Assembly (NCBI GenBank): GCA_965198065.1
Contig: CBDAON010000004.1
Span: forward strand, 2,112,001-2,176,000
From: Longimicrobiales bacterium
GTDB taxonomy: Bacteria > Gemmatimonadota > Gemmatimonadetes > Longimicrobiales > Gaopeijiaceae
Direction: 5' to 3'
Length of the DNA stretch: 64,000 nucleotides
Shown here one piece after another: positions 36,313 through 46,216 of the stretch; the first letter of the stretch is position 1, and the number at the start of each line of letters is the position of its first letter. Below the pieces are notes generated by a model. It was given only the letters and a program-made list of their open reading frames with translations. It was not told the DNA's origin and ran no database searches. The position numbers and the translations under genes were made by a program.

Positions 36313-38682
36313 ATGTCGCTCGAGATCGTTCTGGCGCTGGCCGTTCTCCTGGCGGCGAGCGCGCTGCTCGCTACGGGCCTGCTCCGGGCCGACGTGGTCG
36401 GGCTTCTCGTCGTCGTCGTCGTCGCGACTCTCGGGCTCGTGCCCGCCGACCGCGCCCTGGCCGGGTTCGCCAATCCGGCGGTGCTGACCTTCGGCGGGAT
36501 GTTCGTGCTGTCGGCCGGGCTCTCCCGCACGGGCGTCGCGGAGTGGTTGGGGGCGTGGATGCTCAAGAGGGCCGGGGGCGGCGAGGTCCGGCTGATCGTC
36601 GCCGTGACCGTGGTCTCGGGCGTTCTCTCCGGGTTCATGAACAACGTGGGCGTCGCGGCGATGATGCTCCCTGTGGTCGTGACGATCGCGCGAAGGAGCG
36701 GCCTTTCCCCCTCGAAGCTCCTCATCCCGATGGCGCTCGGGGCACAGCTGGGGGGGGTCACCACGCTCGTGGGAACGTCCCCGAACCTGCTCGCCGCCGA
36801 CGCGCTCCGTCAGGCGGGCCTCGAGTCCTTCGAGCTCTTCTCCTTCACTCCCGTCGGTCTCGCCCTACTGGGCGCGGGCACGATCCTCATCGCCCTGATC
36901 GGGCCGCGCGTCCTGCCTGACCGGGAGCCTCAGGACGTTGGAAGCGAGGTGGACCGCTCTGGAATCCGGAGCGACGTCGAGCTCGGCGAGCGTCTCTTTC
37001 ATCTCGTCGTGCCAGCGCATTCTCCGCTGGACGGAAGGACGCTGGCCGACTCCCTCATCGACTCGGCTCTGGGCGTTCACGTGCTCGCGATCCGGCGGGA
37101 CGGCGAGACCCTGAGGGCGCCGGGACCGGAAGCCGTGCTCCGCGGTGGCGACCGCATCGTCGTGCAGGGTCGCCCGGATTTCTTCCTGGAGCTCCGAGGG
37201 CGAAGGCACCTTGCCCCCGACCAGCCGGGCATGTCTCCCCGCTGGCTCGAGTCGGAGGAGATCGGGCTTGTTCGGGCCAACGTGGCTCCCGGCTCGCGCT
37301 ACGTGGGGAGGACCGCGGCCGACCTGGACCTCAGAGCACAGGAGGGCGTGCTCGTACTGGCGCTCCGACGGGGCACACAGTTCCAGCGCCGAACCCACTT
37401 CGTGGACACGCCGCTTCGCGTGGGTGACGAGCTGCTCCTCCAGGGCCCCCGCTCCCGTTTGTCCGAGCTCACGACCGGGCCCGAGCTCGCCGACGTGGCT
37501 CCGCTCGGCGCCGAGGAATCGGTGCGCGAGTTCGGTCTCGCCGATCGTCTCTGGGCGCTCAGGGTCACGGCGGACTCCCTGCTCGCCGGACGGGCGCTCG
37601 GTGACACGCGCCTCGGCGACGCCGTGGGATTCCGGGTGCTCGCGGTCGCGCGGGACACGGACCCGGAAGATCGGGGGGTTTGCCTCCTTCCGGGTCCGGA
37701 TTTCGTGCTCCAGGCCGATGACCATCTGATGGTGAAGGCTCGCCCCGAGGACATGGTGGTCCTGCGTGGGCTCCAGCGGCTAGAGCTGGACCTGGACTCG
37801 GCCGTCGATCCGGAGCTGCTCGAGGGGAGCGACGCAGGGTTCGTCGAGGCCGTCCTCGCCCCACGGAGCTCGCTCGTGGGGAAGACGCTCCGCCAGGTGA
37901 ACTTCCGGGGGCGATTCGGCCTCCACGTCGTCGCGATCGTGCGCGAGGGAGGAGTGGTGCGGGCGAACCTGAGGGACCAGGAGCTCCATTTCGGGGACGC
38001 CCTCCTCCTCTACGGGCCCAACCGGCACCAGCGCGCTCTGACGCGGGAGCCGGATCTGATCCTGCTCCAGGCGCCCGAGGGGGAGGAGCCCTCCGTGCGG
38101 CTGGCTCCCCTGTCCCTCCTGGTGACTGCCGGCGTGCTCCTTCCCGTTATCGCGGGCTGGGTGCCCGTGGCGATCGGGGTTCTCGGCGGCGCCGCCCTCA
38201 TGGTGCTCACGCGCTGTCTCACGCCGGACGAAGCGTACCGCTCCGTCGAGTGGCCCGCGCTCATCCTGGTCGCGGGCATGCTCTCGCTAGGGGCTGCGCT
38301 CGGCGAAACGGGAGGGGCGGATCTCCTCGGAGAGGTGCTCCTCGATTCGGTGGGTGGAGTCGGACCCCACGCCGTGCTCGCCGTGCTCGTGCTTCTCACC
38401 GCCGTGCTCGGACAGCTAATCCCCGCGACAGTGGTTGTGGTCCTCATGGCCCCGATCGCGATCAACGGGGCGGAACAGCTGGGCGCGTCCGCCCAGCCGT
38501 TCGTCATGAGTGTCGCCATCGCCGCGACGACGCTGGCTTCTCCGGTCGCCCACCCGGTGCACGCACTGGTCATGGCTCCCGCAGGCTACCGCATCGGGGA
38601 CTTCCTCAAGCTCGGGCTCCCGGTCACGGCCCTGGTGCTGGCGCTCACGATCCTCGTCACCCCCCTCTTCTTTCCGTTCTGA
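36313..38682 (+). CDS. SLC13/CitMHS-type permease with multiple TrkA-C (RCK_C) domains
   Basis: SGFMNNV, SPSKLLIP, TLVGTSPNL, four RCK_C-like repeats, C-terminal TM block with GYRIGDFLKLGLP. Confidence 0.88.
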   Translation: MSLEIVLALAVLLAASALLATGLLRADVVGLLVVVVVATLGLVPADRALAGFANPAVLTFGGMFVLSAGLSRTGVAEWLGAWMLKRAGGGEVRLIVAVTVVSGVLSGFMNNVGVAAMMLPVVVTIARRSGLSPSKLLIPMALGAQLGGVTTLVGTSPNLLAADALRQAGLESFELFSFTPVGLALLGAGTILIALIGPRVLPDREPQDVGSEVDRSGIRSDVELGERLFHLVVPAHSPLDGRTLADSLIDSALGVHVLAIRRDGETLRAPGPEAVLRGGDRIVVQGRPDFFLELRGRRHLAPDQPGMSPRWLESEEIGLVRANVAPGSRYVGRTAADLDLRAQEGVLVLALRRGTQFQRRTHFVDTPLRVGDELLLQGPRSRLSELTTGPELADVAPLGAEESVREFGLADRLWALRVTADSLLAGRALGDTRLGDAVGFRVLAVARDTDPEDRGVCLLPGPDFVLQADDHLMVKARPEDMVVLRGLQRLELDLDSAVDPELLEGSDAGFVEAVLAPRSSLVGKTLRQVNFRGRFGLHVVAIVREGGVVRANLRDQELHFGDALLLYGPNRHQRALTREPDLILLQAPEGEEPSVRLAPLSLLVTAGVLLPVIAGWVPVAIGVLGGAALMVLTRCLTPDEAYRSVEWPALILVAGMLSLGAALGETGGADLLGEVLLDSVGGVGPHAVLAVLVLLTAVLGQLIPATVVVVLMAPIAINGAEQLGASAQPFVMSVAIAATTLASPVAHPVHALVMAPAGYRIGDFLKLGLPVTALVLALTILVTPLFFPF

Positions 38683-38824
38683 GCGTGCGGACGCCTTCCA
38701 ATCCTCGGGGCGGCCGCCGCTCGCGGGGTCCCGCCTCCGTCCGCGTCACATCGCCTCCCGCTCGTTCGTTCCAGTTGGGAGGGGGAGGGGACGGCCCGAT
38801 CCCACCGCGGACGGCCGATCGCAC

Positions 38825-39316
38825 GTGAGCTTCGACGAGCTGTTCGACGCCGTCTATCCGGAGCTGTTCCGGTACTGCGTGCGGCTGACCGGGGACGGCG
38901 ACGTAGCCGAAGACGTGGCTCAGGAGGCGTTCGTTCGGCTCCTGGACCGGAACGTTCGAGGGGATCCGGCAGGACTCCGGGCGTGGCTCTTCAAGGTCGC
39001 TACGCACCTGGTTCGCGATCGGGTCAAGGTGAATCGGAACAGAGAGCGGCTCCTGGAGCGGACCCCAGTTCATCCGGAGCCCGCCGAGCTGCCGGACCGG
39101 GTGGTGGAACGAGAGGAGCTCAGGAGCGAGGTCCGCGCGGCGCTGGACTCTTTGGACGAGCGGGATCGTACGCTCCTCCTCATGCGGGAGGAGGGGTTCG
39201 ACTACCGTGAGCTTGCGGAGGCGATCGGGGTGCAGACGTCTTCCATCGGCACGCTCTTGGTCCGCGCGAGAGGCCGGTTCATGGAAGCCATGGACGCGCG
39301 AGGGCAGAGCGCCTAG
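38825..39316 (+). CDS. ECF-type sigma-70 factor
   Basis: AEDVAQEAFVRL, AWLFKVA, EGFDYRELAEAIG, IGTLLVRAR. Confidence 0.9.
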   Translation: MSFDELFDAVYPELFRYCVRLTGDGDVAEDVAQEAFVRLLDRNVRGDPAGLRAWLFKVATHLVRDRVKVNRNRERLLERTPVHPEPAELPDRVVEREELRSEVRAALDSLDERDRTLLLMREEGFDYRELAEAIGVQTSSIGTLLVRARGRFMEAMDARGQSA

Positions 39317-39332
39317 GAGGATCGCGAGCGGC

Positions 39333-40172
39333 ATGATCAGCCATCCTGACCCCGGCACTCTCCAGGCCCGCCTGGACCGGGAGCTTGCGCCCGACGCGCA
39401 CGCGTCGGCGACGCGCCACGTCGAGGAATGCGCCGAATGCCGCGCGACCGAGGAGAGGCTTCGGGCGCTCGCACACGCGGTGACCGCGACGCTACCGCCG
39501 GTCGAGCTCTCCGGCCGGAGCCTGGGGCGCGCGCGGTGGGCCGTGCGAAGTCGGAGGCGCCATCGGGCTCGAGGGGAGCGAAGGGGACGGGTCGCGGTCG
39601 CCGCCTCGGTGCTCCTCCTCGTGGGGGCCGGTGCGGCGTCGGCCCTTCCGGCCTCGCCCCTTCGAGGCTGGTGGGAGGGGCTTCGCCGCCAGGAGCGCGT
39701 CGCTCCCGTCCCGGCCGTCCAGGTGGAGGACCCGATCCCCGTGACGGCACAACCGGGGGCGTCGGGAGTGGGGGTGCCTGTGGTCGATGGGCGGGTCCAG
39801 ATCCTCTTTGAGGACGTTCCGGCGGGCACGTTGCTCGAGGTGACGCTCGTCGTGGCCGAGCGGGCCTTTGCGGAGGCGCCGGCCGGAACGGAGTTCTCGG
39901 TCGAGGCGACGGCCGGCCGGGCGCGCGCGCTGGTGGGCTCGAGGCCGGGCCCGATTCGTGTGGCGCTTCCCATCGAAGCCCGGGACAGCGAGGTGCTCGT
40001 GAACGGCACCTCCCTTTACCCGCCTAGCGCGACCGCCGGGCCCACGGGAGCTCCCACGGGACCCGCCGGGCCTCGGTCGCTGTCGGCGGACGGGAGCCAG
40101 CCGTTCCGGATTCTGGTCCCCGTGGGCTCTCCAGCCCCTCCGACGGGGACCGGGTCCGGGGGCGGAGGGTAA
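39333..40172 (+). CDS. Zinc-binding (zf-HC2) transmembrane anti-sigma factor
   Basis: N-terminal H plus HVEECAEC, central hydrophobic helix, directly after the ECF sigma. Confidence 0.8.
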   Translation: MISHPDPGTLQARLDRELAPDAHASATRHVEECAECRATEERLRALAHAVTATLPPVELSGRSLGRARWAVRSRRRHRARGERRGRVAVAASVLLLVGAGAASALPASPLRGWWEGLRRQERVAPVPAVQVEDPIPVTAQPGASGVGVPVVDGRVQILFEDVPAGTLLEVTLVVAERAFAEAPAGTEFSVEATAGRARALVGSRPGPIRVALPIEARDSEVLVNGTSLYPPSATAGPTGAPTGPAGPRSLSADGSQPFRILVPVGSPAPPTGTGSGGGG

Positions 40173-40184
40173 GGACAAGGCCCG

Positions 40185-42512
40185 ATGACCGGATCGCGCG
40201 CCCTCTTCCTCTCGCCTGCCGTCGTGCGGCTCCTCGCAGTGGCGGCGTGCGTCGCGGTATCGGCGTCCCTCCCGGCACGGGTCCACGCCCAGGTGGCTCC
40301 TACCGCGTCGGGGTCTCCCGATGCGCTCGCCTCGCTCCAGGGGACGGTCCGAGCCGAGGGGTACCGTGGGGACGGCGTGCTCGTCGGAGCGATTGTCGAG
40401 GTCCGGCAGGGAGGCCGCTTCCAACGCGCCGTCGTCGACTCCGCCGGGCGTTACCGCCTCACCGGCCTCCAGCCGGGGCGCGCGTCCCTCCGCGTTCTGC
40501 ACGTCGTGACCCATCCGCTGGACACCGAGGTCCTCCTCCCCAGCGGGGGCGAGCTCACGCTCGACCTCTTTCTGGGTCTCAGGGTCATTCACGTGCCTGG
40601 CGTTCGGGTGCGGGCCATGCCGGTGCTGAACGAACCGGTCGAGCTGCTGGCCCTCGCGGATTTGCGGACGGTCTCGCTCGCCATCCGGGCCCTCGAGGTC
40701 TCGTCCGGAATGACGGAGTCGGGGCTCGCCTCTGCCTTCCCGGGAGACGAGGGCGGCGAGCCCGAGCGCGTGCTCTATCTCAGGGGCTCGACCGTGGACG
40801 CCAGGCTCGTGCTCCTGGACGACGCCCCGATCCTCACCCCCTTCCACGTGGCCGGGCTCGTGGAGCCCTTCCAGTCTGAGCTCCTGGGGAACGCGAACCT
40901 CTACCTCGGCGGGGCGCCGTCACCTTACGAGGGAGGCATCTCGTATCTCCTGGACATGGATACGCGGGCGCCGCGCACCGACCGCGTGCGCGCAAGCGGC
41001 GCCGGCGTTTCCATCCGCGGATCCGCCGAGCTCCCACTTCCATTGGGGGGCGGGCTCCTGCTGGGCGGCCGGAGCCTTCACGGGCTCCAGGAGAGGCTTG
41101 GTGGAGCCCCCGGCTTACCGTACGACTACGAGGATCTGCTCGTGCGGGTGGGCTTCGGGTGGGGCGGTTCTCATGCCCTCCGGGCCACGGCGTTCACGAA
41201 CTCCGAGGCCGTGCGCCTGGACCTCGGCGACGCGGGAGGGGACGTGGGCGATGCCCGGTGGGGCAATCGGCTCGTCTCCGTGGGTTACTCCGGGGCCATC
41301 GGCCGGATCGGGCTCGAGGCGGTCGGAGCGAGCTCTCGTTACGGATCGAGCCTCCCGGTATCCTGGGAAGATCCCGTCTTGGCGCGCGGAGAGGCGGAGC
41401 GCGAGCGCTTCGGGGGACACATCGCGGCGCCCGCGGGCGTGGGCACCGTCCGGATCGGTGGGTCGTTGGAGCGGGTCCGTTTCGGCTACCGACTCGAGCC
41501 GCTCGGAGCGACGCTCACAACGACGGTCGGGGCCGGCGAGGAGGACCTCACCACGACGCTCTCCGGCGTCTTCGGCGAGTGGGAGGGCTCGCTCTCGGGC
41601 AGCGTCCACCTGCGAGCGGGGCTTCGCGGGGACCTTTTCGGTCACGAGGGCGACTTGCGTGTGGGGCCCCGCGTCCAGCTCCGACTTGCCTTGAGCGACC
41701 GGGCCGCGCTCGTGGGATCGGCCGGGCGCTACCATCAGGTCCTGCCCGCTCCCGGGCTCCGAAAGGAGGTGTCGGAGGGGGAGGCCTTCCCCGCCGCGCT
41801 CGGCTGGGAGCCCGGCCTCCCCGTGGTCTCCGCGACACACGTCCTGCTCGGGCTCGAGCAGGAGCTGGATCGGGGATTCCGGTTTGGCGTGTCCGGCTTC
41901 ATGAAGAGCTTCTCGGGGCTGGGGCCCGACGGGAGTCGGGGCCGCTCGTCGGGCACCGAGCTCAGGGTCAGCCACGCAGGAGAGCGGGTCGAGGCCTGGA
42001 TCGGCTACGCCCTCTCATGGTTCTGGACCGACGACGGGGTCGACGGCGCCACGCGGTTCCGCGGCCGTCACCTGGTCTCCATGGGGATCGACGGAAAGCT
42101 GCGGGGCATCGAGCTGAGAGGCGTCGTCGGGTACGGAGCCGGCATCCCGCTTTCCCCGGTGGAGATCGTGGGCGCCCCGGCTACCGGCGTGGATGGTCCA
42201 GGGGGCGGGACCACCACCCAGGGGCTCACCCCCTCGACGGAGACGCGGCTGAGTTACGGCGGGGGGGATACGCCCCTCGAGGTGGCCCCCCAGGACGACT
42301 TCCTTCGGCTAGACGTCGAGGCGGGCTGGCTCTTCCGGTTCGGGCTCCCCGGCGGCGGGCTTGTCGAGCTCCGGCCCTACGTGAAGGTCCTGAACGCCCT
42401 GGACCGTCGCGATGCGCTCTTCTACTATTTCGACCGGTGGCGTGACGACGGGCTCAGGCCGGTGACCACACGCCCCTTCTTACCGATCGCCGGCGTGGAG
42501 TGGAGGTTCTGA
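40185..42512 (+). CDS. TonB-dependent receptor-like outer-membrane protein with carboxypeptidase-regulatory-like N-domain
   Basis: Signal peptide, VDSAGRYRL, plug-like LYLRGS...LLDDAPI, amphipathic strands, C-terminal GVEWRF. Confidence 0.75.
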   Translation: MTGSRALFLSPAVVRLLAVAACVAVSASLPARVHAQVAPTASGSPDALASLQGTVRAEGYRGDGVLVGAIVEVRQGGRFQRAVVDSAGRYRLTGLQPGRASLRVLHVVTHPLDTEVLLPSGGELTLDLFLGLRVIHVPGVRVRAMPVLNEPVELLALADLRTVSLAIRALEVSSGMTESGLASAFPGDEGGEPERVLYLRGSTVDARLVLLDDAPILTPFHVAGLVEPFQSELLGNANLYLGGAPSPYEGGISYLLDMDTRAPRTDRVRASGAGVSIRGSAELPLPLGGGLLLGGRSLHGLQERLGGAPGLPYDYEDLLVRVGFGWGGSHALRATAFTNSEAVRLDLGDAGGDVGDARWGNRLVSVGYSGAIGRIGLEAVGASSRYGSSLPVSWEDPVLARGEAERERFGGHIAAPAGVGTVRIGGSLERVRFGYRLEPLGATLTTTVGAGEEDLTTTLSGVFGEWEGSLSGSVHLRAGLRGDLFGHEGDLRVGPRVQLRLALSDRAALVGSAGRYHQVLPAPGLRKEVSEGEAFPAALGWEPGLPVVSATHVLLGLEQELDRGFRFGVSGFMKSFSGLGPDGSRGRSSGTELRVSHAGERVEAWIGYALSWFWTDDGVDGATRFRGRHLVSMGIDGKLRGIELRGVVGYGAGIPLSPVEIVGAPATGVDGPGGGTTTQGLTPSTETRLSYGGGDTPLEVAPQDDFLRLDVEAGWLFRFGLPGGGLVELRPYVKVLNALDRRDALFYYFDRWRDDGLRPVTTRPFLPIAGVEWRF

Positions 42513-42546
42513 CGCCGCGCTCCGCAACGCCGGGAGGTGCACCATC

Positions 42547-42873
42547 GTGGGGACGTTCGAGCTCGCGCTCGTCGGGGTGTTTGCCTTCCTGATCTTCCTG
42601 CGCGCGCTGGCCGTCGTCGTTGTCGCGTTCGCCGTCATCCGCCCCGTCCTCTCCTGCCCGGCCTGCTTCCTCCCGACGGTGCCCGTCCGGGTCCCCTGGC
42701 GGCTCCTGCTCCCCGCCTCGTTCGAGTGGAGGTGGTGCCCCGACTGCGGATGGCAGGGCCCGGGCAGACGTGAGCCGGGCAAGCCGGGGGCGCGCACGTC
42801 GCGGGCGCCGGGCGTCGCGTCTCCGACCCGGGAGGACCGGCGGAGCCGCCCACGCGAGCGGGGCGCGGAGTGA
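42547..42873 (+). CDS. Small membrane protein with a putative zinc ribbon
   Basis: Hydrophobic N-terminus, CPAC...CPDCGW; stop overlaps the next start. Confidence 0.6.
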   Translation: MGTFELALVGVFAFLIFLRALAVVVVAFAVIRPVLSCPACFLPTVPVRVPWRLLLPASFEWRWCPDCGWQGPGRREPGKPGARTSRAPGVASPTREDRRSRPRERGAE

Positions 42874-43532
42874 CGGGTCCTGCCGAGGCTGCCCCGAAGT
42901 GGCTGATCGGCATCATCGCAGGGGTCGTCGTCGCGGGGGCGGTCGCGTACGTCTCCCTCACACTCCGCCGCCCCGAGCCCCCCACGTATCCGCCGTCCAG
43001 CCCCGAGCCCCGCCCTGCGGGAGGCCGGCTCGTGGGCCCGATCCTTTACACCGTAGACGCGCGCGACCCGAGCGCCTGGCAGTTCTTCTCGTTCTCACAC
43101 GGCTCCGTCGTGGTTGACCCGCGACCCTTCGACTGGGACCTGGCCTTCCGCCGCTTCGAGGTCATCGTGAACGGCGGCGAGGAGTTCCCGGGGATGGGGG
43201 GCGTGATGGCCGTGGAGGGCCCCGAGCTCGACTCCGTCGCCTTGGTGCCCGAGGACGGCTACTTCGGGACCGAGGTGATTGTGGGAGACTCGCTCGTGGC
43301 CTCGCTGGACGACTGGTACAACTACTCCATGCTGACCCACCTCCTCAGCGCGCGTCCACGAACCTTCCTGATCCGGACGGCGGACGGACGCTACGCGAAG
43401 CTCCGCTTCGAGTCCTATTACTGCCCGGGCGCGCAGCCGGGATGCGTCACGTTCGAGTACTGGTACCAGGGGGCCGGGGGAAGGGACTTCCGGTCGGATA
43501 CGGGGGCTCGAGAGGGGTCCGTCCGGCCCTGA
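42870..43532 (+). CDS. HmuY family heme-binding protein
   Basis: WQFFSF, WDLAFRR..NGG, WYNY, IRTADGRYAKLRFESYY; N-terminal TM helix. Confidence 0.78.
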   Translation: MTGPAEAAPKWLIGIIAGVVVAGAVAYVSLTLRRPEPPTYPPSSPEPRPAGGRLVGPILYTVDARDPSAWQFFSFSHGSVVVDPRPFDWDLAFRRFEVIVNGGEEFPGMGGVMAVEGPELDSVALVPEDGYFGTEVIVGDSLVASLDDWYNYSMLTHLLSARPRTFLIRTADGRYAKLRFESYYCPGAQPGCVTFEYWYQGAGGRDFRSDTGAREGSVRP

Positions 43533-43621
43533 TGCGAGGGACGGGATAGTGGGTCGGAATGACCCACGACGAGGGGTGGGGCGCGGTGGCCGCTCATGAA
43601 GCGAGGGTCTATGTTCTCGGC

Positions 43622-44950
43622 ATGTCCGAGCCCGAGATGACGCCCGCGGACCGCGATCCGGCCGAGGGGCAGGGGACGTACGTGCCGTCGGGGCTCGCGG
43701 CCAGCATCCGCTCGCTATTCGACGAGAGTCCCGTGACGGAACGACAGGCCGCAGTGGCTGCGGCCCGGGACCGGTTCACCACCCGTGTGTCAGGCTACCT
43801 CCGCGCCGGGGAGGAGGAGCGTCAGTCGCTCGTACCGGGGATCCTGGAGGACGCGAAGCTCCTCCGGGGCCCGGACGACCTCCGAGCCGTGGGGGACGCC
43901 GTCATCGCCCTGGTCCGGATCGAGGAGGACGGCGAGAACGCGTCCGCGATCGCGCTGGCGAGCGAGCTTCTCGACTCCCAGGTGACGACAAGCTTTGCGG
44001 CCCGGCTGGGGATCGAGAAGAATCCCGAGGTGCGGCAGCCCCTCATGGCCGTGTGCCTTCGGCTGCCCTCCCTCCTCGCGCCCGCGCTCACCGGCATCCT
44101 GGCGGAGGCGCCGGACCGCGGCGCACGGAGGGCCCTGATGGACGTCATCGCGAACATGGGCGAGTACGGGCACACCGCCGGACTCGAGCTCCTCGAGGAT
44201 CCCCGCTGGTACACTGTAAGGAATGGCGTCATTCTCCTGGCCGAAATCGGGGACGCCGACACCGTGCAGGCCCTCACGACACCTCTTGCCAACGAAGATG
44301 CGCGCGTGCGCCGCGAGACGGTGATCGCCCTCGCAAAGCTCGGGGGAGAGGACGCCGGGCTCCTCATCCTGGGCATGCTGGGCGACGCGAGCCCGGACGT
44401 GCGGTCCGCGGCGGCCATGGGGATCGGAGAGCTCAAGGTCATGAAGGGAGAGAAGCCGCTCCTGGAGCTCCTGGCCGAGGAGGAGAACGAGGAGGTACTC
44501 GTCCAGGTGATCCTCGCCCTGGGGCAGCTCGGAGACCCCGGGGCCGTGTCCGCGCTGGAGAAGCGAGCCACCGGAACCCTATTCTCGCGCCCGCCCCGCC
44601 CCGTGCGAATCGCCGCGTACCGGGCCCTCGCGGCCATCGGAACGCCCCACGCACGCTCCGTCCTCGAGGCGGGTGCTGAGGACAAGGATTCCGAGGTTCG
44701 CCAAGCGGTGGAAGGAGTGCTGAAGAGCTTCCCGCGGGCCACGGCACCTGCGAAGGCCGAGGACGGCGGCGAGTCCACGAAGGCCGGGGACGACGAGGCG
44801 GCTACCAAGGCCGGGGACGGGGTCGGGTCGGCGGGCGCCGCGGACCACGGCGAGCCCACCAAGGCCGGGGACGACGACGGGAGCGACGGCGAGGCTGAGG
44901 ACGGGGTCGAGGCGCGGACCACGGGTGTCCCGGGGAAGGAGTCGGCCTAG
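43622..44950 (+). CDS. HEAT-repeat protein
   Basis: Repeated D-x-x-VR..A..ALG helices; acidic low-complexity tail. Confidence 0.8.
   Translation: MSEPEMTPADRDPAEGQGTYVPSGLAASIRSLFDESPVTERQAAVAAARDRFTTRVSGYLRAGEEERQSLVPGILEDAKLLRGPDDLRAVGDAVIALVRIEEDGENASAIALASELLDSQVTTSFAARLGIEKNPEVRQPLMAVCLRLPSLLAPALTGILAEAPDRGARRALMDVIANMGEYGHTAGLELLEDPRWYTVRNGVILLAEIGDADTVQALTTPLANEDARVRRETVIALAKLGGEDAGLLILGMLGDASPDVRSAAAMGIGELKVMKGEKPLLELLAEEENEEVLVQVILALGQLGDPGAVSALEKRATGTLFSRPPRPVRIAAYRALAAIGTPHARSVLEAGAEDKDSEVRQAVEGVLKSFPRATAPAKAEDGGESTKAGDDEAATKAGDGVGSAGAADHGEPTKAGDDDGSDGEAEDGVEARTTGVPGKESA
44749..44910 (+). repeat. Degenerate 27-nt (9-aa) tandem repeat in the HEAT protein tail
   Basis: AKAEDGGES/TKAGDDEAA/TKAGDGVGS/AGAADHGEP/TKAGDDDGS; aaggccggggac occurs three times. 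Confidence 0.7.
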
Positions 44951-44973
44951 CGGAGCGGACCCCGCGGCGCGTC

Positions 44974-46080
44974 CTAGGCCATCTCGAAGATCTTCCGCAG
45001 GGCCTCGACGAAGCGTACTCCTTCCCGGGCGCGGGAGAGCGGTCCTCCCGCGGCTTCTCCCCCCGAGTGAGCGAAGAGGGCGGTGACCCGGGTGGTCAGG
45101 TCCGCGGTCCCGGGCCCGAGCATCCGGCCGGCGCGGAGCGTTTCGGTGAAGGGGATGAGCCGGTCTCCGCGGCCGTGGAGGAGCCTCACGGGCACGCCGA
45201 TCCCGCGGATCCGCGGCAGGGGCTCGATCAGCGGGGTGTCCAGGCGGACGGCCGCCACCATCTCCTCCAACACGGCCTCCGCGGCGGCCCGGTCGGGCTC
45301 CTTGCCGGCCGCTGGGGCGAAGATGTCGAAGAGTTCGCGCTCGGCCGGGGGAAGGCCGCGTCGGAGCTCTTCCTTCATGGGGTCGAAGACCGGATTGCCC
45401 GCCCGGATCCGTCGGTCTCCCGCCTCCCTCGCGAGCGCATGGAGCGCTTCGACGACTCCGGCATGGCTGTTCCCGGACCCCACGCTCCCGAGGCAGTTCG
45501 CGCCTACGATCCAGCGGCCGTACGGATCGGGTGTCGCCCGGTAGAGCGTGCCCTCCCATTCGTGCTCGCCCGTGAGCGAGAAGCGGAAGGTCCGCTCGAC
45601 GTCCGCGTAGCCTCCCCAGGCCACGACTCCACGCAGGCTACGCGCGAGAGCGGGATCCGACGCGCTGAGGAGGGCCTGCGGGGCCCCGAACGAAAAGCCC
45701 ACGAGCACGACCCCCCCGGGGGCGGATCCTTCCTGCTCGGAGAGCCACGTGATCGAGGCGCGCACGACGGTCTGGGCGCGCTCGGGCGCGAAGCGAAGCT
45801 CGGTCCATTCCCGAACCTCCGGCACGAGCACTCGTGCGCCCGTCGAGGCGACGGCGCGCACGAACCGCACCAGCTCGGGGTGTGCGCGTCCCGGTCGGGT
45901 CATGCCGTGAAGGACGATCCAGCCCCGCCGCTCGCGGGACCCTCCGCCTGAAACCATGGTACCGGGGACGGGGGCACCGCTCGGCGGGATCGGGACGCGC
46001 ACCTCCCGATCAATCAGTTGGGAAGGCGGGGAGACCCAGGACCGCGCGAAACGGAGGGCGGGGGAGAGTCCGGTCCACAT
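44974..46080 (-). CDS. Alpha/beta hydrolase fold protein
   Basis: LHG, GFSFG nucleophile elbow, LHGRGDRLIP, late His in FAHS. Confidence 0.75.
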   Translation of the reverse strand: MWTGLSPALRFARSWVSPPSQLIDREVRVPIPPSGAPVPGTMVSGGGSRERRGWIVLHGMTRPGRAHPELVRFVRAVASTGARVLVPEVREWTELRFAPERAQTVVRASITWLSEQEGSAPGGVVLVGFSFGAPQALLSASDPALARSLRGVVAWGGYADVERTFRFSLTGEHEWEGTLYRATPDPYGRWIVGANCLGSVGSGNSHAGVVEALHALAREAGDRRIRAGNPVFDPMKEELRRGLPPAERELFDIFAPAAGKEPDRAAAEAVLEEMVAAVRLDTPLIEPLPRIRGIGVPVRLLHGRGDRLIPFTETLRAGRMLGPGTADLTTRVTALFAHSGGEAAGGPLSRAREGVRFVEALRKIFEMA

Positions 46081-46216
46081 CCGGGGGAGTCTAGGAGTCG
46101 GGTGTGGGAGGAAGCCAGGCCGCCGTGCGCCCGAGGGCCTTCCGCGACCACAGACGCGAGCATATCCATGGCGGGTCCCGACACTTGAACTCGCCGTGTC
46201 ACGACCGTGGAGCTTG

